From the NCBI GenBank assembly GCA_013265495.1, contig MU058781.1, positions 12,073,009-12,137,008 on the forward strand: DNA of 64,000 nucleotides, given 5' to 3'. Below are positions 13,963 through 28,956 of the stretch, piece by piece; the stretch's first letter is position 1, and each line of letters opens with the position of its first letter. The position numbers and the translations under genes were made by a program. The DNA comes from Vicugna vicugna (Eukaryota). Below the pieces are notes generated by a model that worked only from the letters and a program-made list of their open reading frames with translations, was not told the origin of the DNA and did not search any database.

Positions 13963-14133
13963 GTAAGTGAGGGTTTTGCTAATGCCGGTCATTTCCTTAC
14001 AACTGTGAAGCACACTCAGCAAGGACCTCGGACCATTTCACAGATATTTCTTAGGGATGTTCTCAGTGAGTAAACACTGAGAAAGAGTTAAGTGATTTGT
14101 GAATGGGTGTTTGCTATTCCCCGATAGATTTAA

Positions 14134-14460
<327 letters not shown>

Positions 14461-15574
14461 TGAGAGTCTTACAAAAACACCTTGCACATGTGAAAGCTTG
14501 CAGTTAAGGAGTACAGAACCTGTTTGTGTGCATTCACATGGAATATCTCACTTAGTGCTCAACAATGTTGGAAAAGGTGACTCTGTACAGTTCTTGACTC
14601 TTTCGGACAGAGTTGATCCTTGGAAGTCCTTAGAAAAATATCAATCACGTGGGTGAGATACACAGGCTACATCTATAAAATTTTAGTGTCCGAGTGTTAA
14701 AAGATGGAAAATAAGTACCAAAGAATTGCTTTGTGATTAAAAATTGCATTTGATTTTGGACCGCACACATATACTCCTGTCTTCATATTTCTGACCTGTG
14801 CTGGTGCCCTGGCTTTTGGTAACTAAATGGTGGAGAAGAGGCTGTGCATGGGGAACCGCGCAGGTGGTGTGACTCTGAATGTCTTGCTCTTTCTACTCAG
14901 GAGAGGACTGAACTGTGGGTGCTAATGAGCCTTAATACAGTTTATGCCATGGTCATGGGTCTAAATAGATCTGGCTTCTTCCCAGAGGCTTGGTGGACTG
15001 AGAAACCTGCCACAGCTTGCTTTCCCTTGGGTTCATTGTGAAAATACAATACCTTACGGTTTCACAGTCCTTGCGATTTTCAGAGTGCTTTTGCATCTAA
15101 CAGCACTGTGAGGCTGCCACACAGCCACCATAGTCCACGTTTTTCAGTGGAGAGTGAGAAGTTTACAGTATTTAGTAGCCGCAGTCATTTAATATTATTG
15201 CTCTGTTGTTTGCTTTGATGGATTGAGTAGCCTCAGTGTTCCCTAAATCAGTCTTAGCTTTTCTAGAGCTTGTGCTTGACGTCTGATGCCCCAATGGGCT
15301 TTAGATGTCACGTGTCAGAATTCTCAAGGCCAAGGTATGGAGATTGTTTTTACTTTCAACATTTCTGGCACCAATTGCATTTTTCATCAGATTTTCTCCT
15401 GAAAATATTTAACTATCTGAAGGCCTATTCTGCCAATTTTCCCAGAGCACAGGGAACCTCATTCCTAATCTGCACCCTAAATTCCTTTCAAAATGTGTTG
15501 AAGGTCAGTGACTGCGATGGCTAACGGCTTAATTCTTATAGAACCACGTGGTGAGAGACATTCTTTCATTGGCA

Positions 15575-16169
15575 GTTGTTACTCATACTGACTGACGGGC
15601 TATAAGTCAGAGGTTCCCACAGTCCTTCTTGGCTTCCATTAATTTGCTATAGCAGCTCACAGAACCCAGGCATTACTTACTGGATTATCAATTTATTATA
15701 AAAGGATATAACTCAGGAACCGCCAGATGGAAGAGATGCTTAGGGAAAGATATGGGGGAAGGGGCTCCAAGCCTCCATGCCCTCTCCCAGCACACCACGC
15801 TCCCTGTATCTCTGCGTGTTCACCAACAGAAGCTCTCCAAGCCTTGTCCTACTGGGTTCTCATGACGGCTTCATTGCAGTCATGACTGATATAAATAGTT
15901 GGCCATTAGCGATTGGCTCAACCCCCAGGTTCTATCAGCTCTCTAAAATTTAGGGGTGGGACTGTAAGTTCCAAACTCTAATCATGTGGGTGGTCTCTTA
16001 GATATCAGCCTCCATGTTTAGGTGGGTTCCAAAGTCACCTCATTAGTATAACCAGAACACCTCTATCATTCTCATCAGTTAGGAAATTCTAAGGGCTTAG
16101 GAGCTATGTGCCAGAAATGGGGATAAAGACTAGATATATGTATTTCTTATTATAAATCGCCATATCACA
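15575..16169 (-). mobile_element. ERVL-type LTR (MER21/MER77-like)
   Basis: Resembles recalled consensus (taatttgctatagcagctcacagaac..., tttattataaaaggatataactcagg); ends in CA. Confidence 0.65.
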
Positions 16170-16336
16170 GCTGTCTTCATAAAATTAGTTGGGAAGCTCT
16201 GGATCAGTTTACATATAATATAGATTTTCTGTTCCTCTCCTAGGAAGCTACCTGGGCCTGATGTGGTATCTGGGTGCTGTGTGCATATAATGCTGATATG
16301 CAGATTTTTTAAACTAGGGATTTGATCTGATAGATC

Positions 16337-16733
16337 TTTTGACAAAAAAATAATCAGTAGTCAATCTAAGAAAGAAATGGGAAATTTTATTTGCCAACCT
16401 GAGGAGTATAACCCAGGAGACAATCCTTCAGAAAACTTTGAGGATTGTTCTGCCCATTAGGCATCAAAGCATAGTAATAGAAGTTTTTGAGACAAAGGGT
16501 TGTACTTCAGATGACATATTGACAGGTTACACAACCAGATCTACACGTACAAAGTGAGAAGTGGGTCATTCTGATGCCTTATAAGATTAAGAAGGAAGGT
16601 TATCTTGTAAGGAGGTCTGGTTAACGCAGATGCACAGTATACTGAAGGGAGGGAGGAGGTCCAAACAGGCAGAGAAAAATTTTATGTTTAAAGTTTTCTT
16701 GTCTTGCCATAAAATATGAATTTTATTTCATCA
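16337..16733 (-). mobile_element. Solo ERV1-type LTR with 4-bp TSD
   Basis: GATC at 16333-16336 and 16734-16737; minus strand starts TGATGAAATAAAATTC; minus-strand AATAAA near 16386. Confidence 0.75.
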
Positions 16734-17004
16734 GATCTATTCAGATTACCTAATTCTTCTTGAGACCATTTTGGTAATTGCTATTTTTCTAAGATGTTCA
16801 CTTAGTCTAATTGTTCATTTAGTTGTTTATAGAATTCTTATGAATTTCTAATCTTTTCTGTATCAGTAACTATGCTTCATTTTTTTCATTTCTAATATAT
16901 TTTAATGCCTCTCTTAGTTTCATATGGTCTCATTCATTAGTCTTTTTCAAAGATAGCTTCCTAGTTCTCTCAAGTTTATTAATTTTTTAAAGGAAAAGAG
17001 AGCT

Positions 17005-17095
17005 TGTTTATTTTATTTTTTTAATTGAAGTATAGTCAGTGCACAATGTTGTGTTACTTTTTGGTGTACAGCATAGTGGTTCAGTTATACATATA
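17005..17095 (-). mobile_element. Very short L1 3' terminus
   Basis: ttttttaattgaagtatagtcagtgcacaatgttgtg...cagcatagtggttcag, same as the other L1 tails. Confidence 0.7.
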
Positions 17096-19259
17096 AGTTT
17101 ATTATTTTTTGTCTTAGCTTTTAATTTTATTTCCTTTATTTCCTTTTGAGTTCCTTATTCCCTGACTGGATTGCTTGGCTCTCAATTTTTCATCTTTCTT
17201 ACTGTCTAATATATGCATGGAAGATTTCATGACTATTCAACCCACTAATTAGCACTCTTTGGGTATATTTGTTCAGAGTTACTAATGTACCTAATTGTCC
17301 TTACTTCCTGCCCATCTTTCCCCTTCCGTCCTGTGGAGACATTATGAGGGATTTGGCAGCTGCCTAGATATACCAAAACCCAGATATACCACCTACAGTG
17401 TTTCCCTGCTGCCTTCATCTTAATAATGCAGGCAGAGCGAGATGGGAGGGTGGTCTGAAGTGTCTTCAGTTCTCATAATCACCAGCTTATCTTTTAAACA
17501 TTCACAAATTATCCCTGTAGCACTTACTTATACACCAGACATGCAAAATCTACCTCCTTTACTTCTCAAATACCAACAACAGCAATTTCTGATTTTATTT
17601 GCAAAATCCTTTCTCTGTGCACAGACGCTGTCAGTTCCAACCAGCTCAAGGCTAAGGTTTCTCCTCTCCCTTTCGAACAGCCACGCTCCCCTTTTTCATC
17701 TGCAATGTACTCTCCTTGACCGGAAAGACCCAATTCAAATGGAATTTTGAAAACTTCCGATGTGTCTATGTTCTGTCTTTCCCTTCTGCTAGAAACTGAG
17801 CTAAAACAGCATGTGTGTTTAGCTTTGACCTATTTTGACCAACCACATTTCATTTGAGTCTTGAGTTTTTCTACTGCTCTTCTGACAGGCTGCTGACACC
17901 TTTTCCTGTTTTAATAGACGCTTTTTAACCCACATCTCACTAAAGATCTCCCAGAGATGCTGGACTTCTCTTAACCTCTCTGCTCTTAATCGCTTTATCT
18001 CAAAAATGACAGAGGTGGACTGGGGGATCTAGAAGGTCCTGCCTGACCCTAAGAACTGGCCTGTGCTGCAGGAAAGCGGACTGCTTTGTTGAGCCCTGTG
18101 TGTCTCCATCTCCAAAACCCACTGATGTTACTCATGTCCCCAGAGACCTTTTGTGCTAGCTGTGAATTCTGTTTCAAAGCAGGAAAAAAAAAAGCTTGAA
18201 AGGAGAAATTATACTAGTAAAACTTTCTTTTTTTTCTCTCAAAATGGGAAGAGGAATTTGAGAGGAAGCCTCTGAGGGGAAACATGGGTGCACTGGAAGG
18301 GAGCCCCATGTTAGGACCATCTGTCCTGGGGACACATCATTCTAATCCATCAGTCCAGTGACCTATGTGGGCGCCCCTCACCCTCTGAGCCACTGTTTGA
18401 TCTGGGAGTAACCAAAACCTCAGCTGAAACTTATCTTTCCTTTTCAGTTCAAAGGGTAAATGCGAAGAGGAAACAGTAAACTATCAAGCACTGTACACAC
18501 TTACGGAGCTATTATAACTATAGAGATTCCATTCTCTGTTCTTTTACAAAAGGAAAAATGATAATAAAAGCAAGCTCTGTGCAACGTGGTCTTTTGTAAT
18601 CAAAACAAAAGTTATTCAGTGCGCTGCTTTCTCTCCATAACTGAGTTATCGAGCTTGGGTGATTCTCTGTTCCACTGCAATTCACAGGAAAGCCTTGCCC
18701 GCTGTAAAGCACCATTCAGATGAGAGGTTTAATTGTTTTTCTTACTCACATTTCACAGAGTCCTTTGTTATCTATTAAATGCTCACCTCTCAGCATTTCA
18801 CAAATGTGAACTCAAACACACGGCTCATTTTCATCACGGACGCAGCCAGTGACTAGAGTGGGTGATTGTTTCAAGCCAGTGATGGGGTCTTTTTAAACAA
18901 TGCCTGTGCAGACATGAGCCGGGTTCCCCCAGAGGCAACTTGAGACTTGCAAATCAAGATTTCAGGAAGGAACTTTCCCACCGCCCTATGGCAAGACATC
19001 CAGACTAGATACCACAACCACATGGGAATGTGTCCTTATGCCCAAAAGGAATGGGCAGGTTACAGGTTCTTTCTCAGTGGCCCACAACCTGTCTGCGTGA
19101 AATATTAATCCACTATCCCAGACACAAACCCTGCATGTTACTGAGCTCACTGTGAGTTGTCCATTCAAAGAGAAATGCTAGATTGATGAATAATTTCCTT
19201 ACAGCTTCTTACTAGCTTCTCTCCTGAGACCCAAGCTTTCGACGCCTGCCCAAATTTCC

Positions 19260-20688
<1,429 letters not shown>

Positions 20689-20833
20689 TGAGTTCAGAGT
20701 CATTTCACTAATAACACTATTTAATTCACATTTAAATTACTGTTAACAGTTAAACTTGGTGTATATATACTAAGGCTCATTTATTTAATATAGATGTATG
20801 AAATACATATTTTTTATATGGGATTTACTGTTC

Positions 20834-21022
20834 TGGTGGCTTGCAAAATGTGACCTTCAGGGGAGCAACAGTGCTGTCAGCTAGGAGCTTGTTAGAAATG
20901 CACATTCTCAAACCTCTACCCCAGACCTCCTGAATCAGAAACTGGAGGTAGGACCCAGAAAACCTGTGTTTTAACAAGCGCTCTGGGGTATCCTAAGGTA
21001 GGCTCAAGTTTAAGAACCACTG
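20834..21022. mobile_element. hAT-Charlie MITE MER5A-like
   Basis: gagcttgttagaaatgcacattctc...gaatcagaaact...aagtttaagaaccactg. Confidence 0.8.
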
Positions 21023-21143
21023 TACTGTTCTAAGTCAGACCACAAAACGTGGCTCTGCAAGGTGACGTTTTAGGGCCTCCTCAGGTTTACCCAGATGTGT
21101 CTTACAGGACAGTGGGCGTTGCTTGGCAGGCTGAGATTACTTA

Positions 21144-21334
21144 CAGTTGACCCTTGAACAATGCAGGTTTGAACTGTGTGAATCCACTTATTTGCAGATT
21201 TTTTTCAATAGTAAATAATACAGTACCACACAATCCTTGGCTGGTTAAATCTGTGGATGTAGGAAAAACCTCGGATACTGAGGGCCGATTATAAGCTATA
21301 TGCAAATTAACCCATGTTGTTCAAAAATCAACTG
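21144..21334. mobile_element. TcMar-Tigger MITE (Tigger2a/MER8-like)
   Basis: TIRs CAGTTGACCCTTGAACAA / TTGTTCAAAAATCAACTG with TA on both sides. Confidence 0.85.
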
Positions 21335-22225
21335 TATTTTTAAGTTCTTGTCCATAATTTGATGTAACTGGGGGCCCTACATCATTGCTCAATGGCCATG
21401 ATTTAACAGACAGTGTCAAGATGACAGCAGAATTAGCAAAGAGGCTTCAGAGTTAGACTCTAAAAAGTTCTCTGTGCATATTCTTATTACTAGGATGGAG
21501 TTTCTTTAGAAGACAATTCCATGGAACTTTTATTAACAGCCTAACTTAAAACACTCCAGCTTTTGAGCATAATTTGTACCTAGTTATTTAATCCCCGACT
21601 AAATGTAGATCCATCCCCAAATACACTGTGTGTGTGGATTTGCGTCTGTGCAGTCTTCTTCACCTTGAGATATCAAATGCAGGCACGAATTTAAACCATC
21701 CTGATAAGCTGAGGGTGGGCAGGCCGGGCACAGGGAGGGAAGAAACTAGTCAGTTCTGTAGATTGATGTGCCTTATCTTGCCTCAGCAGGATGGCGAGGT
21801 GGGAGTAAGTTAAATTTCTATATCCGTAACAGTATAACTTACTGAATGTTGTAAGCTTTAGGACCCAATTATTTGTCTTCTTTGACACTGGCCTTGAAGC
21901 TTGGCATACTAGGGAAAATTCTATTCGCCTATCCTTCAAGATTCCACCTAAATGTCATTTATTCTTTGAAGCTTTCCCCTGACTGCTCCTCCTTCCCCCA
22001 CCCCACCCCAAATTAATTGCTTTTTCTCTACTGCTGACTCAACACTTTTTTTTATTCTCTGCACACATCTGTTAGAGCACATGTGAGCCTTCGAGAGTTT
22101 GTTTGGTGGGTTTTTTTTTTTTAAACAATGTGGGGAATGGATGAACAATATTCTCAATGTAAAAGAGTCAAGCAATACCAACATAAACAAAGCCAAACAG
22201 GAAAAGTCTCTCGTAATGATTTTGC

Positions 22226-22411
22226 TTTCTTTTCTTTTTTCTTTTTTTTTCCCCTTGGGGGGAGGTAATTAGGTTTATTTATTATTATTATTATCATCAT
22301 CATCATTATTATTATTATTATTATAGTTTTTAATGGAGGTGCTGGGGATTGAACCCATGACCTTGTGGATGCTAAGCACGTGCTCCACCACTTGAGCTAT
22401 ACGTTCCCCCC
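22226..22411 (-). mobile_element. tRNA-derived SINE (vic-1-like) with a (TTA/TCA)n microsatellite in its tail
   Basis: Head as in the other copies plus the ggggaggtaattaggtttattt tail and poly-T. Confidence 0.85.
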
Positions 22412-23599
22412 TTTTAGTGATTCACTTTCGAGTCTTTTCTTCCTGTAGAATGCTATTCCTCAGAAACAACGCCTTGGTCTTATTTTTCATTGTAATTTCA
22501 GTGTCTGATGCAGGCTGTAATACACAGTCAGCCCTCTTTCACTATTGGTTGAATGAATCAAGACAATCTTGGCCTGTATCTGTATAAAGAGATAATACCA
22601 TAGGCTCTCCTCTCCCTAAACTTGAGACATTGAGATTTAGTAACTGAGGGGTCTGTTCACGTTGGATCTGGATTGTATGTATTGTCGCTCCCAGTGTGAC
22701 GTCCTCTACCCTAAAGCCACCTCCTCCTTTAATACGCTCTGAGTGAAAGTTAGACAAACTTAATAAACTGTAAAATCCACTTCCTGCAGAGATACTGCTC
22801 TGGGAGCATTCTCTTCCTGTTCCAGTGCACAAATGGAACTAGGTACATCGATTTTCGTCAAATGATGGAATCTACTAGAAGTTGTGATTTGTTTCATTTT
22901 GTTAGATAAAAACAGATTACTGTCAGTTTGATATGTAGAGGTCTAGGCATAGGTAAAACCATTAATTAGCATGGAAAAAATTGGAAAATCAAAGTTACAC
23001 ATGCTCGTAGTTTAAAATGTCAGATGTTCTTCAAGGCTTTTATTTAAAGACAAAAAGGCCCTTGTTTCTTTCCCTTTTCCCGACAGCAACTGTAACTGCT
23101 GACTTCTTACTGTGAAGGATGATTGTTTATCCAGTCTGACCCTACTGTCCAAGCAAACAAACACACACACTCTTCCCTCTCCCCATCATCTTACTTAGTG
23201 ATGTCGTAATTGTTAGTTACACAGTGTTAATGTCCACTTCATTATGACATGTAAATATTCACAGCTGAGTTACACAGTATACTATGGTTACTCTTCCCTC
23301 CCTATACAGCTTATTATTTTCCCTGGGGTTAATAATTGTGCCCTTTTGCATTAACTTAGTTTTCTGTAATCCTATCACTGACCTGGCCCCTAGATCGCCA
23401 GTAAAAGTGTACATTTACTCTTTTTCTTTGAGTTTTCTCTGTTTCCTCTTCCTGGGCACATCTTCCACTGCTGTCTGACCACCTCCAGTGTGACCTCAAG
23501 GCCAGCTCCACTGCTGTTCTCCTGGGGTCGCCCCTCACTCCCTCCTGTGTCTGTAGCATCCTCTTCCATACCTCACTCTTATTTTGGTACAGCACCTCC

Positions 23600-24260
23600 T
23601 CGGGTGGCTTCCTTACAGAGGAAGCATGGGAAGTGAGTTTCTGAACCCCATACGTCTTGCATTTTCGTTAGTAGCGTGACCAGGTATAGAACTCTAGATT
23701 GGAATACATTTTTCTTTAGAATTTTGAAAACCTGGCCCCATTATCTTCTAGCTTCTAGTGTTGCTCTCAGAATCCAGTGTCATCTTGAGTCCTGATGCTT
23801 GCTTTGTGGCTTGTTTTTGTTTTTCCTCTTCTCAGGTAGCGCTTGGAATCTTTTCTGTTTCTAGGATATTGGTATTTTATGATGATACACTCTGTGTGGG
23901 TTTTTTGGTTTTGTTTTGTTGAAGCCCATTTGCTAGGCACTAATGAGCCATTTCAACCTGTACATTTGTGTCCTTTGGTTCTGGAATTTTTCTTGAATGA
24001 TCTCTTTCATAATTTTTCCTTCCTTTTTCTCTGTATTCTTTTTCTTAAACTTCCATTATTCAAATTGTGTGTTTCCTCTATTAATTTACTAGGCTTTTTT
24101 TCTTTACCCTATTTTCTCATTCTTTTTATTACTCTCCCCCACAACTATCTGGGAAATTTCCTCAGCTTTATCTTTCAGCTTTGAGTTTTCCATTTCTGCT
24201 GTCACATTTTTCTATTATTATTTCTTCCCGGATGCAGCGTTTTTTCCTCTTTCATGTTGC
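23600..24260 (-). mobile_element. Ancient L1 fragment(s); bounds approximate
   Basis: T-rich degraded L1-like text (tatcttctagcttctagtgttgct..., ttctggaatttttcttgaat). Confidence 0.45.
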
Positions 24261-24544
24261 AAGGAATGGCACGTAACACGCTTCTTGGAAGTTTGTGAGT
24301 GGGGCTTATTGACTGACAGGCTTCAATGTAGGGTGACCTTCTTGGACCATTCTGTTGGGGGATGGGGGGCGTCTTCCTAACTGTTGGAATCTTAAGGTCT
24401 TTTCTCTTGGGCTTGTTAAAAGGTTTGATCTCCTGCCTGGAGGACATTGGCCTGGCTGCCCCATTATGGGATCCAGAATGAGAGAAAGGGACTGGGAGGT
24501 ACCACTGTTCAACAGGAAAGCCTGTTCACTGCAGGCTTTCCTAC

Positions 24545-25062
24545 ATAGAGGAGAAAAAAATAATTTCCCCTCTACCCTTTCTTGTTCTTGGCTGAGCCAT
24601 TCTTTCCTAAAAAGATTCACAGGATAAAAACCAACAGAAACTTATTAACATGTTTACCTCCTATATACATGAGAGATAACCAGGAAAACTGAGTAACTCC
24701 CCAATATGGCCTATACTACCACCTTAAATACCATCTTAAGCTAAAGAGGAAAGAAAGTTGGGGGCAGTTTGGGGAGTTACCAGGAACCAGGTAAACAATG
24801 GTAAATAAGGTTGTTATGCAGGTTTAAATCCCTGCCTTCTCCACTGGTAAATTTATAGAGTCAGTCACCCTCCTCTCCTGGTATAGAGCAGAAGCATCCT
24901 GACAGATGGAGATTCTCCTTATAAACATAAATTTCTCTTACAAAAGGATAACTTCCACTCAGTTTTCAGAGCTTCTCCTGTGTTTGCTGGTTCTTAAAAA
25001 CAATGAGAAAAATAATCCTATACCAAAGAGGCATATTTTGGGGTGGCCCTGGTCTCCTTTCC
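24545..25062 (-). mobile_element. ERV1-type LTR (MER34/MER39-like)
   Basis: aataatttcccctctaccc...ttcagagcttctcctgtg...gcatattttggggtggc pattern. Confidence 0.65.
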
Positions 25063-25164
25063 CTGAAATTCATTTGCTTCTGGGTCTCCCCTGCCAATGC
25101 TTCTGGGGTCAGCTTTCTCAAATTTGAAGTCAGTTTTTACTCCTAACAATTTTCGCTTCCAAAC

Positions 25165-25172
25165 TAATTATA

Positions 25173-25212
<40 letters not shown>

Positions 25213-25283
25213 NNNNNNNNNNNNNNNNNNNNNNNNNNNNNNNNNNNNNNNNNNNNNNNNNNNNNNNNNNNNNNNNNNNNNNN
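25165..25283. repeat. (TTA)n microsatellite running into a 71-N assembly gap (25213-25283)
   Basis: Seen directly. Confidence 0.95.
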
Positions 25284-25908
25284 TTTCCCTGTGGACTCAG
25301 GGGACTTAAACTGATATTCACTGTGCCAGCTCTAAGTGGAAGGCAGTGATGATACCACCCACTCAGCTCACATCGTTTACACTTTCTCCCTATCCATTTC
25401 CCAAGTTTCAGAATATTCAGAATATTCTGACAATCATCTGCCAAAGCTCCCTTTCCGTCTGTCCATGTTGTTGCCTCTTCCAGTGGTAGTACGTTTCAGC
25501 TAGGATCCAGATCCTGGTGTGGGTTGATCACACCAGGATGAGATTTCAGATGATACTGAATGATGATGGCAGGTTTTTAGGGGTTTAAGGGGAAATGCGG
25601 CCCTTTCCAGGGCCTGCCAAATTAAATAAGGCAGTCGCCCACCTATGTCTTGAGTGGCACCAGCTTTTCTGGAAGTTCTTACAAGTGGAGAGGCCCTGGA
25701 CTCGGACATTTAAACATACAACTCACCTCTGCTCGCAGTTCTCCCACTGACTCCTTCAGGTGTTCATTCTGAATCTGGGTGTGCCTGAGTTTCCTTACCT
25801 GTGGATTCCACGATCCTACTCAACTTTCCTTTCTGTTTCTGAAGTCAGCTTTTTAAAATGCTTCAGCATGGTTGCTGCAGAAACAGCAATCTCCCTTGAC
25901 TGATTCTT

Positions 25909-26032
25909 TTGTGTGTGTATTGAGGGGGGTAGTCAGGTTTGTTTACTTATTTTTAATGGAGGTACTGGGGATTGAACCCAGGATGTCATGCAAGCTAGGC
26001 ACACACTCTACAACTGAGCTATACCCTCCCCC
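25909..26032 (-). mobile_element. tRNA-derived SINE (vic-1-like)
   Basis: Full head and tail; flanking direct repeat CTGATTCTT at 25900-25908 and 26041-26049. Confidence 0.85.
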
Positions 26033-26101
26033 TCCTTGGGCTGATTCTTGGGGGAAATTAATCACAGTAAACCCAACAGGATGTGTTCTTCTGCCTCACA
26101 G

Positions 26102-26528
26102 GAGATGGTCAGGGAGAGGCTCAGAGTCCCACGAGCTCAGCGAAGGAGACGAGAAGAAAAAGCGAGACTTTCGGAAAAGTGGCTTCCTCAATCTAATCAA
26201 ACCCCGGTCCAAACCTGAGCGGTTACCATCAGGCTTGATGGCGGAAGAGCTCTCCCCACCAAAGGCAGGTGTCAGGGGTCCAGCCGTGGACTCACCTCGG
26301 AAGGACACGAAGCCAGCTGAGCACAACGACAACGCTGATCGGACAGAGGAAATCCGAACACCCGACTCCTTAGAAGAATGTCAAGGGGAGGATGTGGGGA
26401 AGGTGGACCGAAGCGACAGCAAGGGCAGCCCCCAGGCCGGGCGAAGGTACGGGGTCCAGATGATGGGCGGCGGTCTGCTGGCGGAGATGAAAGCCAAGCA
26501 GGAGAGGAGAGCCGCTTGCTCGCTGAAG
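26102..26528 (+). CDS. CARMIL1: CARMIL1 coding exon with the basic/hydrophobic membrane-binding motif (KKKRDFRKSGFLNLIKPRSK), 427 nt
   Basis: ctgcctcacAG|GAGATGG...CTGAAG|GTAAGG; lies within ORF 25872..26552. Confidence 0.96.
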
Positions 26529-27968
26529 GTAAGGAAGGAGGCTCTGCTTTGACTCGGTTGCCTTCTCCGTGTTCACCTCCACTCGGTCTTTATGGGCCAG
26601 AGAGGTACAGAAAAACAGCCTGTGGCTTAAATAAAAATCCCCAAACAGAAGGCTCCTGCAGAACCACAAGGGCAGGGCTGTGTCTTCCATCTGGCACTAG
26701 GGTCATCCTCTGCTGGAGCCACAGCCTGTGAAGGTGGCTGGGGGTCCACAGGCCTTGTCCCACCTGCACAGATGCCCCTGTGCATCACAGAAATAGGTGA
26801 CAGCTGTGCCAGGGAAATGCTCCATTTCAGGGAAGGACTGAGTCTGTCAAATCCAAATGGAGACCTGAGGGTGGATGGAGATAGGAAAGCTGACAGAGGC
26901 CCCCCCCCCCAAAAAAAAAAAAACAGATTCTGACGGTATCAAGGGAGACCGATTTTTCAGTTATTTCAGAATCTATGTTCTTTTCCAGACCTAAAAGTTC
27001 CTTGCTATATTCTAGATTTAAAAGTCAAAAGAAAAAACAAGGCAACCTATTCCATTAGAATTAATCAAATACTTGGATCATTGAGAGATGTTGTCTGTTG
27101 CTATGAGGAACTTTATCGTTTAAAAATTGCTGAGTCTCCCTAAAATCTGACTTAATCCATTACTTATTTTTTTGAACCTCTTTTAAAAATGTAAGTTGTG
27201 TTTTTTTATTCCCTTTTAACCTCGATTTTCTCCTGCGGCTACTTAAGGATTGTATCCTTATTGTGATCACTAAGATTAATATATTCACGTTTAACCTGGG
27301 TTTTGGTTTACTGCACGGTATCCTGAGGTCTTTTGTTTGCAAAACTGGGTTCTTCAATGAAAGGGAGATGGCAAATTTATCCTATTTGAAGTATCAGAGT
27401 AAAATAGTTCATCCCAAGGAGCCCTTGATTTTCAGAAAGTGAATGGTAAACTACATACCAGCACAGGGAGGGCTGTTTTACTTAAAATGATTATTTTTTC
27501 ATTAAATCCTGCAACCCACATCGTTTTACAACTGTTCACCGTAGTTCTTCCACCAGCACTGTTGTTACCTAGTTACAGGTTCCTCCTAACTCACTCATTA
27601 ACCCTTAGAGGCGAGTTGAGGGGACCTAATTCTGCTAATTCAACAAGGGATGCACGATGTGCCCTTTGATGGTTACAATTCTGAGTAAATACTGTGACCA
27701 CATCATTGGTGAGGCAGCTGCCCAAGGAAATGTTTAAATTTTAATCTGTTTGATAGAATTTCTTTTCAACAAGGAATGTGCTGTTTTCACTAATGAGCTG
27801 TTTATTTTATCACTGTTTCCATTGATGAATAGCTGCCTTTTGGTAGAAGGATGAGAAGCGCTGGAGGGTTTTTTGCATGTGCTTTGGATCTGAGAAATAA
27901 ATTGGCTCAAAGTGACAAAATTCTTATGGTTTAGTTTTAGTGGTTCGAGACTTATACTAGTAATCTTT

Positions 27969-27987
27969 TAGCGCCATCTAGTGTCTA
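27969..27987 (-). promoter_or_regulatory. CTCF-like binding motif
   Basis: Minus strand reads TAGACACTAGATGGCGCTA, close to the CTCF core CCASYAGRKGGCRS; CpG retained in an AT-rich context. Confidence 0.55.
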
Positions 27988-28514
27988 TTTAAAATAATAG
28001 TAATAAAAGCCTTAATATTTAGTATTTTGAACTAGTCATAGCTGTTCTATCAGAATAATAAAATGAGAAAGTTTTTCAAAAATTATTTTTAGAATATTTC
28101 CCCCCTAAAATTCCATGACTGTATTCTCTATAAAGTTAGAGACATAGCATCAAAAGTCAATATGCTATTTTTTTTTAATTTGGGGGGGGAATTGATAAAA
28201 AAAATAATACATGTTGCCTTCACTTTCCCCTGGAATAATTCTCTTTATACAATTCACTTCTATTAATGCATTTAAAAACAACTGTGAAAAATGTAAGCAT
28301 GGCATTTATTATTTATTAACAAAGGAGAGTAACTAACAGGTGTTGAAAGCTTAGCGGCCGCATCTTTTCCTTCTGGGCCCACTTCATCAGCTGCCTGTGC
28401 TCAGAGAAAACTGACGTTAGGTTATTTCATCCTCATTCTGCACAGTCATTTTGGAATTTATAACTACCTCAGAAAGCCTGGAAGGAAAAAGTGAAAACAA
28501 CTCTTAGGATTACA

Positions 28515-28607
28515 TTTTATTATTATTTTTTGATGGAGGTACTGGGGATTGAACCCAGGACCTGTGCCTGCTAAGCATGAGCTCTACCACTGAGCTATAC
28601 TCTCCCC
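28515..28607 (-). mobile_element. tRNA-derived SINE (vic-1-like)
   Basis: tggaggtactggggattgaacccagg...ctctaccactgagctatac; AGGATT on both flanks. Confidence 0.85.
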
Positions 28608-28611
28608 TCAG

Positions 28612-28798
28612 GATTGATTGATTGATTATTTATTTATTTATTTATTTGTTTGTTTATTTATTTATTTATATGTATTCATATTATATTTATATTTATTTAA
28701 ATATATATTAAATATATTTATATTATAAAATATATATATATAACATTTTTTACTGATTTATAATCATTTTACAATGTTGTCTCAAATTCCAGTATAGT
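28612..28798 (-). repeat. (GATT)/(TTTA)/(TA) simple-repeat tail followed by a short L1 3'-end fragment
   Basis: Simple repeats at 28612-28742, then aacattttttactgatttataatcattttacaatgttg. Confidence 0.6.
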
Positions 28799-28813
28799 AT
28801 TATATTTTAAATG

Positions 28814-28956
28814 TAGGCAAGTGAGGTGCCCAGGGTATAAAATTTAAGAAGGCCCTTACTCTCAGAAGCCAGCCCTGCACTTGCATGAGCCTAAAGGGAA
28901 TTTCTCCTTAAATCTGTGCCGAGTGCCTTGCTTAACTCACCTTCACCCTGACCCTG
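28814..28956. mobile_element. Palindromic hAT-Tip100 MITE (MER96-like)
   Basis: Internal inverted arms aaatttaagaagg...ctccttaaat and end cctgaccctg. Confidence 0.7.

Noticed and set aside
25097..25444. Poly-Tyr and poly-Ile ORFs
   Set aside because: Artefacts of the (TTA)n microsatellite and the N gap.
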